The notes beneath the pieces were generated by a model, which saw only the letters and a program-made list of their open reading frames with translations, was not told the origin of the DNA and did not search any database. From Candidatus Eiseniibacteriota bacterium (GTDB taxonomy: Bacteria > Eisenbacteria > RBG-16-71-46 > CAIMUX01 > VGJL01), in contig JBHGAY010000013.1 of assembly GCA_041946735.1 (NCBI GenBank), forward strand, positions 68,140 through 132,139: a stretch of 64,000 nt of DNA, in the 5' to 3' direction. The stretch's first letter is position 1. Each line of letters opens with the position of its first letter. This document shows positions 51,397-60,948 of this stretch, piece after piece. The position numbers were made by a program, and so were the translations under genes.

Positions 51397-53079
51397 CTAA
51401 AGGTTCGTGTAGATCGGTCCTCCGCCGCCTTCGGGGGGCACCCAGGTGATGATCCCGTACGGGTCCTGGATGTCACAGGTCTTGCAGTGTACGCAATTCG
51501 TGAAGTTCACGCGGATGCGCGTGGTCGAGCCGTCCTCGGTCGGCGCCATCTCGTAGACGGCCGCGGGGCAGAAGTACTGGCACGGGTTGCCGAATTCCTC
51601 GCGGCAGCGGCCGTTGCAGATGTCGGTGTCCGCGATGATCAAGTGGCTCGGCTGATTCTCCTCGTGCTTCGTCCCGGAGGCGTAGACGTCGGTGAGCTTG
51701 TCGAACGTCCGCTCCCCGTCGTAGGTCCGAGCGGGCGGGAGGACCGGCCGGCCCTCCTCGCGCATGCGATCGAGCTTCCACATGTGATCCGGATCGGGAA
51801 TGAGAGGCAGCCGCGCGCGAATGCCGCGCCCGCCGGTCACCATCGTGAGGCCCGTGTGCATCATGCCGGTCCAGAGTCCCTTGGAAAATCCCTGGCGGAA
51901 GTTGCGGACCGAGCGCAACTCGGAGCCGACCGGCCCGCTCGCGACCGCCTCCTCGAAGCGCGCAAGCGCGGCGCGCGAGGTGTCGCCGGAGGCGAGGGCG
52001 CCGGCGACGGCGTCGGCCGCCAGCATCCCGGTCTCCATCGCGAGATGGATCCCCTTCAGGCGGGCCGCGTTCAGGAAGCCGCCCGCGTCGCCGATCACGA
52101 GCGCCCCGTCGACCGCGCACTGCGGGATCGAGAACCATCCCCCTTCGGGGATCGTCTTTGCGCCGTAGTGCAGCATCTTGCCGCCGTCGAGGAGGGCGGC
52201 GATCAGCGGATGCGTCTTCCAGTCCTGGAAGAGGCGGTGCGCGTCGGTCCAGGGATTGTGATAGTCGAGGCCGAGGACGAAGCCGAGCGAGACCAGCCGG
52301 TCGCGCATCCCGTAGGCGAAGCCGCCGCCGTACTCCTCGCTCGCGAGCGGCCATCCCATCGTGTGGATCACGTCGCCGGGCGCGATGCGTCCCTCCGGGA
52401 CCTCCCAGACCTCCTTCACGCCGGTCGCGTAGATCTGCGGGTTGCGGCCCTCGTCGAGGTGGAGGCGGCGGACGAGCGTCTTCGTCAGGCTGCCGCGCGA
52501 ACCTTCCGCGAGGATCGTGACCTTCGCGCGGATGTCGACGCCCGGCTCGAAGTTCGGCTTGGGCTTGCCGTCCTTGTCGATCCCCTTGTCGCCCGTGCGC
52601 ACGCCCGCGACGCGGTCGCCGTCGTCGTAGAGCAGCTCCTGCCCGGGAAAGCCGGGCAGCAGGTCGATCCCCGCCTCCTCGACCTTCGTGCCGAGCCAGG
52701 TGACGAGGCGGTTCAGGCTGACGACGTAGTTGCCGTGGTTCGCGAGCATCGGCGGCAGGATCGGGAAGCGGAAGCGGCCGCGTCGCGACAGCATGTAGAG
52801 CGCGTCGCCGGCGACCGGCGCCTCGACCGGGCATCCCTGCTCGAGGAAGTCCGGCATCAGCCTGGCGATCCCGCGCGGATCGAGCACCGCGCCGGAGATC
52901 GCGTGCGCGCCGATCGAGGAGCCCTTCTCGAGCAGGACGATCGAAGCGTCGGCGAGGGGGGAGCCCTCCGCCGCCTTCCTGCGCGCGAGATCGAGGGCGC
53001 AGGCGAGCCCGGCCGGGCCGCCGCCCACGATCAGGACATCGACTTCCATCATCTCGCGCTCGATCGGCTCTCCCGCCAC
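51397..53079 (-). CDS. Electron transfer flavoprotein-quinone oxidoreductase
   Basis: VGGGPAG, ISGA, KGIHLAM, FCPAAVYE, NCVHCKTCDI, PEGGGGP. Confidence 0.95.
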   Translation of the reverse strand: MAGEPIEREMMEVDVLIVGGGPAGLACALDLARRKAAEGSPLADASIVLLEKGSSIGAHAISGAVLDPRGIARLMPDFLEQGCPVEAPVAGDALYMLSRRGRFRFPILPPMLANHGNYVVSLNRLVTWLGTKVEEAGIDLLPGFPGQELLYDDGDRVAGVRTGDKGIDKDGKPKPNFEPGVDIRAKVTILAEGSRGSLTKTLVRRLHLDEGRNPQIYATGVKEVWEVPEGRIAPGDVIHTMGWPLASEEYGGGFAYGMRDRLVSLGFVLGLDYHNPWTDAHRLFQDWKTHPLIAALLDGGKMLHYGAKTIPEGGWFSIPQCAVDGALVIGDAGGFLNAARLKGIHLAMETGMLAADAVAGALASGDTSRAALARFEEAVASGPVGSELRSVRNFRQGFSKGLWTGMMHTGLTMVTGGRGIRARLPLIPDPDHMWKLDRMREEGRPVLPPARTYDGERTFDKLTDVYASGTKHEENQPSHLIIADTDICNGRCREEFGNPCQYFCPAAVYEMAPTEDGSTTRIRVNFTNCVHCKTCDIQDPYGIITWVPPEGGGGPIYTNL

Positions 53080-53087
53080 CGCCACGC

Positions 53088-53738
53088 CTACGCCCCTTCC
53101 TCTTCCTTCTCCTTCGTCTTCTTGCGCTTCGGACCGAGATGGCCGTTGCCCTTCACCTGCCCCTGCGCCCGCTGCTGCCGGCGAAGCAGCGGCAAGAGCC
53201 TCTTCAGATACTCGCCGAGAGCGCGCATGCGCGCGTTCTCGCTGTTGAGCTCGAGGAGCTGCTGGCGGCGGTCGTCGGAGAGCTGCAGCCGGTCGGCGAT
53301 CCGGTAGCTCCAGCGGGCCGCGCGCGGCGGGATCTTGCCGCGAAGCGCCGGCACGAGGCTCACCACCTCCCGGAACATCTTCTCCACGCGATCCTCGAGC
53401 GCGTGATCCCCCTCTTCCGCCTCGTCCGGCACGAGCGTCACGTCCGCTTCGAGGTAGCCGTCCGCGTGCTTGCCGACGATGCCGATCTGCAGGCGGTCGT
53501 GCCCGCGGACCTTCAGGTCGAGCCGCCCGTCGTCGTAGCGGCGCACCACGCGCAGGATCGAGGCGTCGCACCCGACGGTGGCGATCCCCTCCTTCACCAC
53601 GCGCACGATGCAGAAGCGGATCGGCTCCTCGCTCACACGGGCGATCAGCGCCTTGTAGCGCGGCTCGAAGATGTGCAGCGCGATCTCGCCGCCGGGCAGC
53701 AGCACGAGATCGAGCGGGAAGAGCGGGACGAGCGGCAT
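53088..53738 (-). CDS. Stand-alone LON peptidase N-terminal (substrate-binding) domain protein
   Basis: PLFPL..VLLPG..IALHIFEPRY, DGR, Q.LLE. Confidence 0.88.
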   Translation of the reverse strand: MPLVPLFPLDLVLLPGGEIALHIFEPRYKALIARVSEEPIRFCIVRVVKEGIATVGCDASILRVVRRYDDGRLDLKVRGHDRLQIGIVGKHADGYLEADVTLVPDEAEEGDHALEDRVEKMFREVVSLVPALRGKIPPRAARWSYRIADRLQLSDDRRQQLLELNSENARMRALGEYLKRLLPLLRRQQRAQGQVKGNGHLGPKRKKTKEKEEEGA

Positions 53739-54379
53739 CAGCCCGCCTCCCCCGCGGGACGGCCGTCTCCGCCGACCTCGCCTCCGTTCGCGTCACCGCC
53801 GGCGGGCGTTGCCGGTGGCGAAGGCGCCGGCTGCGCGGGCGAAGGCGCCGGCTGCGCGGGCGGAGGCGCCGGTTGCGCCGGCGCGGTCTGCGGCGCGAGG
53901 TCCGCATCTTCCCATACGTGCGTGGCGCGCGCCTCGGCGGCCTCGAGAAAGCGCGTCGCGAGCCCCTCGAACGCTCCTCGATCCCAGCCGGTGATCCTCT
54001 CGACGACGCGGAGGCCGGCGTCGAGCCGGATCAGCGTCGGGACTTCCACGATCCCGTAGGCGCGGAACGTCCCGCCATCCTCATCGATCAGGATCGGGAG
54101 CGTGAAGCTGAAGTCCTCGGAAAGCTCCATCGCGTCGCGGAGCCGGTCGCGCGTGATCGCGAGGATCTCCGACTCCCGCCTCTTCGCGCGGCGCATCAGC
54201 CGCTCGACGAACGGCAGGAGGAGCCGGCTCGTCGAGGACTCGCGGGTGAGGAAGACGAGGAGCACCGTCCGGCGGGCGTCGGGCTCGCCGAGGATCCAGT
54301 AGGCGTTGTCGATCCCCCGCAGCCGGAATCCGGGCGCTCGCTCCCCGATCGCCGGGCCTTGCGGAGATCGCGGGCTCAC
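53738..54379 (-). CDS. Redoxin/TlpA-like thioredoxin-fold protein with no cysteines
   Basis: GERAPGFRL, LLVF..SSTS..LP, LPILID, AYGIVEVPT (cis-Pro), GWDR. Confidence 0.78.
   Translation of the reverse strand: MSPRSPQGPAIGERAPGFRLRGIDNAYWILGEPDARRTVLLVFLTRESSTSRLLLPFVERLMRRAKRRESEILAITRDRLRDAMELSEDFSFTLPILIDEDGGTFRAYGIVEVPTLIRLDAGLRVVERITGWDRGAFEGLATRFLEAAEARATHVWEDADLAPQTAPAQPAPPPAQPAPSPAQPAPSPPATPAGGDANGGEVGGDGRPAGEAG
53817..53879. repeat. 21-bp tandem repeat x3 encoding an AQPAP(S/P)P tail
   Basis: GGCGAAGGCGCCGGCTGCGCG twice plus one variant. Confidence 0.8.
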
Positions 54380-54433
54380 CCGAGCACCCGGGATCGCAGC
54401 CCGATCGGGCCGCGCGCGTTGGCGATCAAGCGG

Positions 54434-55363
54434 CTAGTGCCCTCCCGAGAGGAACCTCTCCGCGTCCAGGGCGGCCTGGCAGCCCGAACCGGCGGCGGAG
54501 ATCGCCTGGCGGTAGACGTGGTCCTGCACGTCGCCCGCCGCGAAGACTCCTCGTACGCTCGTGATCGTCGACTTGCCGTCGGTCAGCAGATAGCCGTTGC
54601 CGTCCATCTCGATCTGGCCGCGGAACGGCGCGGTGTTCGGGACGTGGCCGATGCCGAGGAACAGACCGTCGAGCGGGAGGATGTCCTCCTTGCCGGTGAC
54701 GGTGTCCTGCAGCCGGACGCCGGTCACCTTCTTCTGCGCGACGTCGAGGACCTCGGTGACGATCGAGTTCCAGCGGAACGCGATCTTCTCGTTGCGCTGG
54801 ACCCGCTCCTGCATCGCCTTCGAGGCGCGCAGCGCTTCGCGGCGGTGGATGATCGTCACCTTGCTCGCGAACTTCGTGAGGAAGCTCGCCTCCTCCATCG
54901 CCGTGTCGCCCCCGCCGACGACCGCGATCTCCTTGCCGCGGAAGAAGAAGCCATCGCACGTCGCGCACGCGGAGACCCCGCGCCCCATCAGCGCCTGCTC
55001 GGACGGAAGCCCGAGCCAGCGGGCGGACGCTCCCGTGGCGATGATGAGCGCGTCGCAGGTCACGTCCTGGCCCGACACGTTCATGTGGAACGGCCGCTGG
55101 GAGAGATCCGCCTCGCTCACCTCCCCCGCCTGGATCTTCGCGCCGAAGCGCTCCGCCTGGGCGCGGAAACGGTCCATCAGCTCCGGCCCCTGAATCCCGT
55201 CGGGGAATCCGGGGAAGTTCTCCACGTCGGTCGTGATCGTCAGCTGGCCGCCGGGCTGCGAGCCGTCGATCACGAGCGGATCGAGGCTTGCGCGGGCGGC
55301 GTAGATCGCTGCGGTGAGTCCGGCGGGGCCGGTCCCGAGGATCACGAGGCGATGATGGCTCAT
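54434..55363 (-). CDS. trxB: Thioredoxin-disulfide reductase
   Basis: [32 protein letters not shown]. Confidence 0.96.
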   Translation of the reverse strand: MSHHRLVILGTGPAGLTAAIYAARASLDPLVIDGSQPGGQLTITTDVENFPGFPDGIQGPELMDRFRAQAERFGAKIQAGEVSEADLSQRPFHMNVSGQDVTCDALIIATGASARWLGLPSEQALMGRGVSACATCDGFFFRGKEIAVVGGGDTAMEEASFLTKFASKVTIIHRREALRASKAMQERVQRNEKIAFRWNSIVTEVLDVAQKKVTGVRLQDTVTGKEDILPLDGLFLGIGHVPNTAPFRGQIEMDGNGYLLTDGKSTITSVRGVFAAGDVQDHVYRQAISAAGSGCQAALDAERFLSGGH

Positions 55364-55373
55364 CTGCGGCACC

Positions 55374-56894
55374 TCAAGCTTTCCAGGAGCGGAGCATCTC
55401 CGTCACCAACCGGACGCCGTACCCGCTCGGCCCCTTGGGGAGGTACGGCCGGTCCTTGTCCCACCAGGCGGTCCCCGCGATGTCGATGTGCGCCCAGGGG
55501 ACCGAATCGACGAAGCGGGCGAGGAACGCGCCGCCGACGATCGTCCCGGCGCCCGCGTTGCCGTCGCCGATGTTCTTGATGTCGGCGAAGTCGCTCTTGA
55601 GATGGTCCCCCATCTCATCCCACATCGGCAGGCGCCAGACCCGCTCGCCGGTGCGCGCCGCCGCCTCCTCGATCCGCTTCGCGAGCGCGTCGTCGTTGGC
55701 GAGGAGCCCCGCGCCGTAATGGCCGAGGGCGATGACGACGGCGCCGGTCAGGGTCGCCATGTCGACGATCGCCGCCGGCTTGAAGTTGCGCGCGACGTAG
55801 GAGAGCGCGTCGGCCAGGATCAGCCGGCCTTCGGCGTCGGTGTTCAGCACCTCGATCGTCTTGCCGGAGTACGAGCGCAGGATGTCGCCCGGCTTGTAGG
55901 CGCTCCCTCCCGAGAGGTTCTCCGTCGCGGGAACGACGCCGACGACGTTCACCGGGACCTCCAGCTCGGAGAGGATCGAGCAGATCCCGAGCACGGCCGC
56001 GCCGCCGCACATGTCGTACTTCATCTCGTCCATCTTCGCGGCCGGCTTGATGGAGATGCCGCCCGAATCGAAGGTGAGGCCCTTGCCCACGATCGCGACG
56101 CGCGGAGCGTTGGCGTGGCCGCAGTCGTACTCGAGGACGATCATCTTCGGCGGCTCGTTGGACCCGCGGGCGACGCCCAGCAGCGCGCCCATCCCCAGCT
56201 CCTCCAGCTTCGCCTTGTCGAGGATCGTGCAGGTGAGGCTGCCCTCCTTCGCGATCCGCTCGGCCTCGTTCGCGAGGAAGGACGGCGTGGCGTGATTGCC
56301 CGGGTGCGCGGCGAGCGTGCGGACGTAGTTCGCGGCGCGGGCCAGGATCTGGCCGCGGCGGAAGCCGGGATCGGCCGCCTCGCGGACGAGCACGTCGGGG
56401 ACGGTGATGTCGAGCCGCGACAGAACCTTCACCTTCTCGCGGTCTTCCGTCTTGTACTCGAGATACTGGTAGGTGCCGAGCATCACGCCTTCGGCGAACG
56501 CCTGCCCCGCGTCCTCGGCGGAGATCGGCGCCCCCTGCCCGAAGAGGCCCGCAACCGCCCGCTCCGCGCCGAGATCGCGCGCGCGACGCGCCGCGACCGC
56601 CGCCGCGGTGCGGACCTTCTCGGCGTCGAGCGACTCGCGCTTGCCGAGGCCGACGAGCAGGATCCGCCGCGCCGGTCCCTTCGCGGGATAGAGCACGAGG
56701 ACGGAGTTCGCCTCGCCGCGGAAGTCCTTCGTCTCGAGCGCGCGGGAGACGACGCCCCCGGCCGCCTGGTCCAGCTCGCGCGCCGGCCCTTCGAGGGCGA
56801 GCCCCTCGTGCAGCCCCACGATCGTGACATCGGACTCGATTTTCGCGGGATCCCCGACTGCCAGCGTCAGGTCACGGACCGCCTCATAGGTCAT
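55374..56894 (-). CDS. pepA: Leucyl aminopeptidase (M17)
   Basis: [38 protein letters not shown]. Confidence 0.96.
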   Translation of the reverse strand: MTYEAVRDLTLAVGDPAKIESDVTIVGLHEGLALEGPARELDQAAGGVVSRALETKDFRGEANSVLVLYPAKGPARRILLVGLGKRESLDAEKVRTAAAVAARRARDLGAERAVAGLFGQGAPISAEDAGQAFAEGVMLGTYQYLEYKTEDREKVKVLSRLDITVPDVLVREAADPGFRRGQILARAANYVRTLAAHPGNHATPSFLANEAERIAKEGSLTCTILDKAKLEELGMGALLGVARGSNEPPKMIVLEYDCGHANAPRVAIVGKGLTFDSGGISIKPAAKMDEMKYDMCGGAAVLGICSILSELEVPVNVVGVVPATENLSGGSAYKPGDILRSYSGKTIEVLNTDAEGRLILADALSYVARNFKPAAIVDMATLTGAVVIALGHYGAGLLANDDALAKRIEEAAARTGERVWRLPMWDEMGDHLKSDFADIKNIGDGNAGAGTIVGGAFLARFVDSVPWAHIDIAGTAWWDKDRPYLPKGPSGYGVRLVTEMLRSWKA

Positions 56895-57126
56895 GGAGGT
56901 TCCTCCCCTCGGATGGGCCCCACGCGTCGGACCCTCGGATCTCTCCGGATCACCCTCTACCGTAGCCGGTCGCGGGCAGCCATCGCGCGCCGGACGATCG
57001 CTCGCATCCAAGCCGGACGTTCGATGCGCGCGCCGGCCCGCTCGAGAGCACCGCCCGCGCAGACGATGCCCGAGGAGGCCGTAAAGACAGACATCGTTGC
57101 ATGTTAGGCGGCGGCGACGAATCCTG

Positions 57127-59085
57127 TCAACGCGGAATCGGGTCGGTGCGCGGGGTGAGGGAACTCCCCGAAAGGATCCACTCCACGATCCGTCCGTGGA
57201 CGGCCTGCTCGGAGAGGCCGACGCGATCCAGCAGCAGGGCGCGCCGGCCGTGCTCGACGAACGCGTCAGGCAGACCGAGATGGAGCATCGGCACCTTCGC
57301 CCCGCGCTCCTGCGCGAAGGTGGCGACGGCCGCCCCGAGGCCGCCGCGAACGCTGTTCTCCTCCAGCGTGACGATCCGGCCCGCGCGCGCGAGGACGGAG
57401 GCGAGCAGCTCCTCGTCGAGCGGCTTCAGGAACCGCGCGTCGATTACCCCGACGCCGTCGACCACCGCCTCGAGCTGCTCCGCGCAGGCGAGCGCGGCGG
57501 GGATCATCGATCCGATCGCCAGCAGGACGAGCGAGTCGCCCGGCCGCAGCACCTCCCAGCTCCCGATCGGGATCCGCTCCGGCGGGAGGTCGAGAAGGGC
57601 GTCGATCCCGAGGGAGTCCGGGATCGTGTCGCGCGGGTAGCGGACCGCGAACGGGCCGGAGTCGTGCGCCAGCCCGGTCCGCAGCAACGCGCAGAGCGAG
57701 CGGGCGTCGCGCGGCGCGGCGATCACCATCCCCGGAACGCAGGAGAGGTAGGAGAGGTCGAAGTCGCCGTGGTGCGTCGGACCGTCCTCCCCCACGAGGC
57801 CGGCGCGATCGATCGCGAAGAGCACCGGCAGATGCTGCAGGGCGACGTCGTGCAGGATCTGGTCGTAGGCGCGCTGGAGGAAGGTCGAGTAGATCGCGGC
57901 GATCGGGCGCATCCCTTGCGCGGCGAGACCGGCGCAGAACGTGACGCCGTGCGCCTCCGCGATGCCGACGTCGAAGAAGCGGTCGGGATGCTCCCGGCTG
58001 AACGAGACGAGGCCCGTCCCCTCCGCCATCGCCGCCGTCACCGCGACGACGCGCGGGTCCTCGGCGGCGAGCCGCGCCGCCATCGCCCCGAACACGTCCG
58101 TGTAGGTCGGCTTGGGCGCCGCTGGCTCGAGCTTGCCGTTCTTCTGCGCAAGGGCGGGCGATGGGGCCGCCGCCTTGACGCCGTGATACTTCTGCGGATC
58201 GACCTCCGCCGGGGCGATCCCCTTCCCCTTCGTCGTGACGACGTGGAGAAGAACGGGATGGTCCATCGCCTTCACCCGATCGAGGACGTTGACCAGGCCC
58301 TTCAGGTTGTGGCCGTCGATGGGCCCGAGATAGCGGAAGCCGAGGTCCTCGAAGAGCATGCCGGGAACGAGCAGCCCCTTCACGCTCTCCTCGATCCGCC
58401 GGACCATCTTGCGGAAGACCTGCGACTTCGGGAAGTGCTCGGACAGTTGCCAGACCTCGGCCTTCGCGCGGTTGAAGCGGGGGCTCGCGATGATGTGCGT
58501 CAGGTAACGCGAGAGGGCGCCGACGTTGGGCGAGATCGACATCTTGTTGTCGTTCAGGATGACGACGATCCGGCGACCGGACGCGCCGGCGTTGTTCAGG
58601 CCCTCGTAGCAGAGCCCGCCGGTCATGCCCCCGTCCCCGACGACAGCCACGACGTGGTAGTCCTCGCCCTGGAGGTCGCGCGCCGTCGCCATGCCGAGCG
58701 CCGCGGAGATGGCCGTGCTCGCGTGTCCCGCGCCGAAGGCGTCGTGGGGGCTCTCGGTCCGCTTGCAGAAGCCGGAGAGACCGCCGAACTGACGGATGGT
58801 GGGGAGCTGATCGCGCCGGCCGGTCAGGACCTTGTGGATGTAGGACTGGTGCCCGACGTCCCAGACGATCCGGTCGCGGGGCGTGTCGAAGAGGTAGTGG
58901 AGCGCGACGGTCAACTCGACGACTCCGAGGCTCGCCGAGAGGTGGCCGCCGACACGAGTGATCGTGTCCCAGACGTAGGTGCGGATCTCGCTGCACAACG
59001 TCTGGAGCTCCTCCAGGGAGAGGGCTTTCAGGTCGTCGGGATTGTCGACGCGGGAAAGGATCGAAGGCTCCGGGGACTGCGACAT
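57127..59085 (-). CDS. dxs: 1-deoxy-D-xylulose-5-phosphate synthase
   Basis: GGHL, WDVGHQ, GDG...NDN, GIAE, DRAGLVGEDGPTH. Confidence 0.97.
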   Translation of the reverse strand: MSQSPEPSILSRVDNPDDLKALSLEELQTLCSEIRTYVWDTITRVGGHLSASLGVVELTVALHYLFDTPRDRIVWDVGHQSYIHKVLTGRRDQLPTIRQFGGLSGFCKRTESPHDAFGAGHASTAISAALGMATARDLQGEDYHVVAVVGDGGMTGGLCYEGLNNAGASGRRIVVILNDNKMSISPNVGALSRYLTHIIASPRFNRAKAEVWQLSEHFPKSQVFRKMVRRIEESVKGLLVPGMLFEDLGFRYLGPIDGHNLKGLVNVLDRVKAMDHPVLLHVVTTKGKGIAPAEVDPQKYHGVKAAAPSPALAQKNGKLEPAAPKPTYTDVFGAMAARLAAEDPRVVAVTAAMAEGTGLVSFSREHPDRFFDVGIAEAHGVTFCAGLAAQGMRPIAAIYSTFLQRAYDQILHDVALQHLPVLFAIDRAGLVGEDGPTHHGDFDLSYLSCVPGMVIAAPRDARSLCALLRTGLAHDSGPFAVRYPRDTIPDSLGIDALLDLPPERIPIGSWEVLRPGDSLVLLAIGSMIPAALACAEQLEAVVDGVGVIDARFLKPLDEELLASVLARAGRIVTLEENSVRGGLGAAVATFAQERGAKVPMLHLGLPDAFVEHGRRALLLDRVGLSEQAVHGRIVEWILSGSSLTPRTDPIPR

Positions 59086-59236
59086 CTCCGGACGAACCTA
59101 GGCCGCGCCCGACAAGGGTGTCAAGGTGCCCTTACGCCCGCGGGACCGGGCGCGGCAGGGTGTTTCGCGCCTACGTCGACCGCCCCCGCCGCGAGCGTTC
59201 GGCCGCGCGCGCTTGTTCCACCCGCGCCGCGGAATC

Positions 59237-60907
59237 CTACGGCAGCCGGACGAGGCGCCCGGTCGCCGTCCCGCCGTTCGAGCGGATCCGCACGAGGTAC
59301 AGCCCGCGCGGGACCGCGCGCCCGGCCGCGTCGCTCCCGTCCCAGTCGATCTGCGCCGTGCCTCCGCCGCCGGCCGGCGCGACGCCGTCCCAGCCGCGGA
59401 TCCATCGTCCCTGCAGGTCGAAGATGGCCACGGATGCGGCGGAGCCCGGCGCGATCCGGAAGCGCAGCTCCGTCGCGGCCGAGAACGGGTTCGGGAACGC
59501 GCGCAGGCCGGCGGTCTCGCCGGCGATCGCTCCGGCGAGACCAGGGTCGGCGATGGACGCCGGGTCGTGCGCCGGCACCGCTCCCGTCTTGAGCGCGTCG
59601 TGGCGCCACTGGCCCCAGACGAGCGAGGAGGGGTCGTAGGTGCCAGGCCCGAGGTCCCAGCAGTAGATCCGCGTGTCGTTACAGCCGACCAGCAGCTCCA
59701 GGCTCCCGTCGCGATCGAGGTCCTCCAGCAGCGGGGAGGAGTAGATCGTGTAGGTCGGGTCGGTAATCGGGAAGCCGGGGAGCGAGGAGCCGTCGACGTT
59801 CCACCCGTAGACCTTCCCCGTGTTCTCGCCGATCACGATCTCCGGCGCGCCGTCGGCGTCGACGTCGCCGATCGAGGCGGACGATTTGACCGTGTAGCTC
59901 GTCGGGCGCGGCCAGCCGGGGAGCGGCGAGCCGTCCGGCTCGAACGCGCACACCTGCGAGTCGTTCATGCCGACGACGATCTCGAGGCCGGCGTCGCCGT
60001 CGAGGTTCGCGAGCGTCGGGCTGCTCTCGCAGGAGTACCCGGCGTCGAGAGGCCAGCCGGGAAGGTACGCGCCGGCGCCGTCGAGGACGTGAATCGATCC
60101 GTCGCGCGCGCCGGCGACGATGTCGAGGTCGCCGTCCGCGTCGATGTCGCCCAGCGCCGGCGAGGAGATCGCCCCGCTTTGCCAGAGCACCTTGGGGAAT
60201 CCGGGAAGGTTCGTCCCGTCGCCGCGGATGGCGTAGAGCTGGTAGTCGGAGTTGTCGGCCGTGCAGACGATCTCCGCGATGCCGTCGCCGTCGAGATCGC
60301 CGAGCGCCGGCGAGGAGCGGACGACGTACGGCGTGTGGTACGGGAATCCGGGGCAGAGCGTGCCGTTGCCGCGTAGGGCGTAGATCCCGCCGTCGTTCGA
60401 GCCGAAGACGATCTCCGGATGCCCGTCGCCGTCGATGTCGCCGATCGCGGGAGTCGAGAAGATCATCCAGCCGGTCTGGAACGGGAAGCCGGGGCGGACC
60501 GATCCGTCCGGCTCGAAGACGTGGAGCTTGCCGTCGAAGTTGCCGGCGATCAGCTCGGGTGTGCCGTCATCGTCCAAGTCCGCGACCGCGGGCGAGGAGC
60601 ACTGGTTCACCCATTCGTCAGGACCGAGCGCGTCGCCGAGGAAGCGCGGCCACCCCGGAGCGATCGACCCGTCGTGCTCGAAGACGTAGAGATAGCGATC
60701 CTGGGAGCTGATCACGATCTCGAGCTCGGGGTCGGCGTCGAGCTGGGCGGCGACGGCGGACTGCGAGACGCTGTACGCGGTCGCGACCGGCCAGCCCGGC
60801 TCGGGGACCGGAACCCCGCCGGCTGCGGAGGCAGCGACCCCTGCGAGGCCGAGCGCGACGACGAAGAAGACGGCGACGGCGGGAATGGAGACGCGGAACC
60901 GATCCAT
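59237..60907 (-). CDS. Secreted FG-GAP/VCBS-repeat propeller protein with FlgD-like C-terminal domain
   Basis: Signal peptide, repeated SSPA.GD.DGDG..EIV and PG(W/F)P units, PNPF...WDG. Confidence 0.9.
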   Translation of the reverse strand: MDRFRVSIPAVAVFFVVALGLAGVAASAAGGVPVPEPGWPVATAYSVSQSAVAAQLDADPELEIVISSQDRYLYVFEHDGSIAPGWPRFLGDALGPDEWVNQCSSPAVADLDDDGTPELIAGNFDGKLHVFEPDGSVRPGFPFQTGWMIFSTPAIGDIDGDGHPEIVFGSNDGGIYALRGNGTLCPGFPYHTPYVVRSSPALGDLDGDGIAEIVCTADNSDYQLYAIRGDGTNLPGFPKVLWQSGAISSPALGDIDADGDLDIVAGARDGSIHVLDGAGAYLPGWPLDAGYSCESSPTLANLDGDAGLEIVVGMNDSQVCAFEPDGSPLPGWPRPTSYTVKSSASIGDVDADGAPEIVIGENTGKVYGWNVDGSSLPGFPITDPTYTIYSSPLLEDLDRDGSLELLVGCNDTRIYCWDLGPGTYDPSSLVWGQWRHDALKTGAVPAHDPASIADPGLAGAIAGETAGLRAFPNPFSAATELRFRIAPGSAASVAIFDLQGRWIRGWDGVAPAGGGGTAQIDWDGSDAAGRAVPRGLYLVRIRSNGGTATGRLVRLP

Positions 60908-60948
60908 GGCGCTTCCTCCTGGGAGACTGTCGGCGGCCCGTGATCCCG

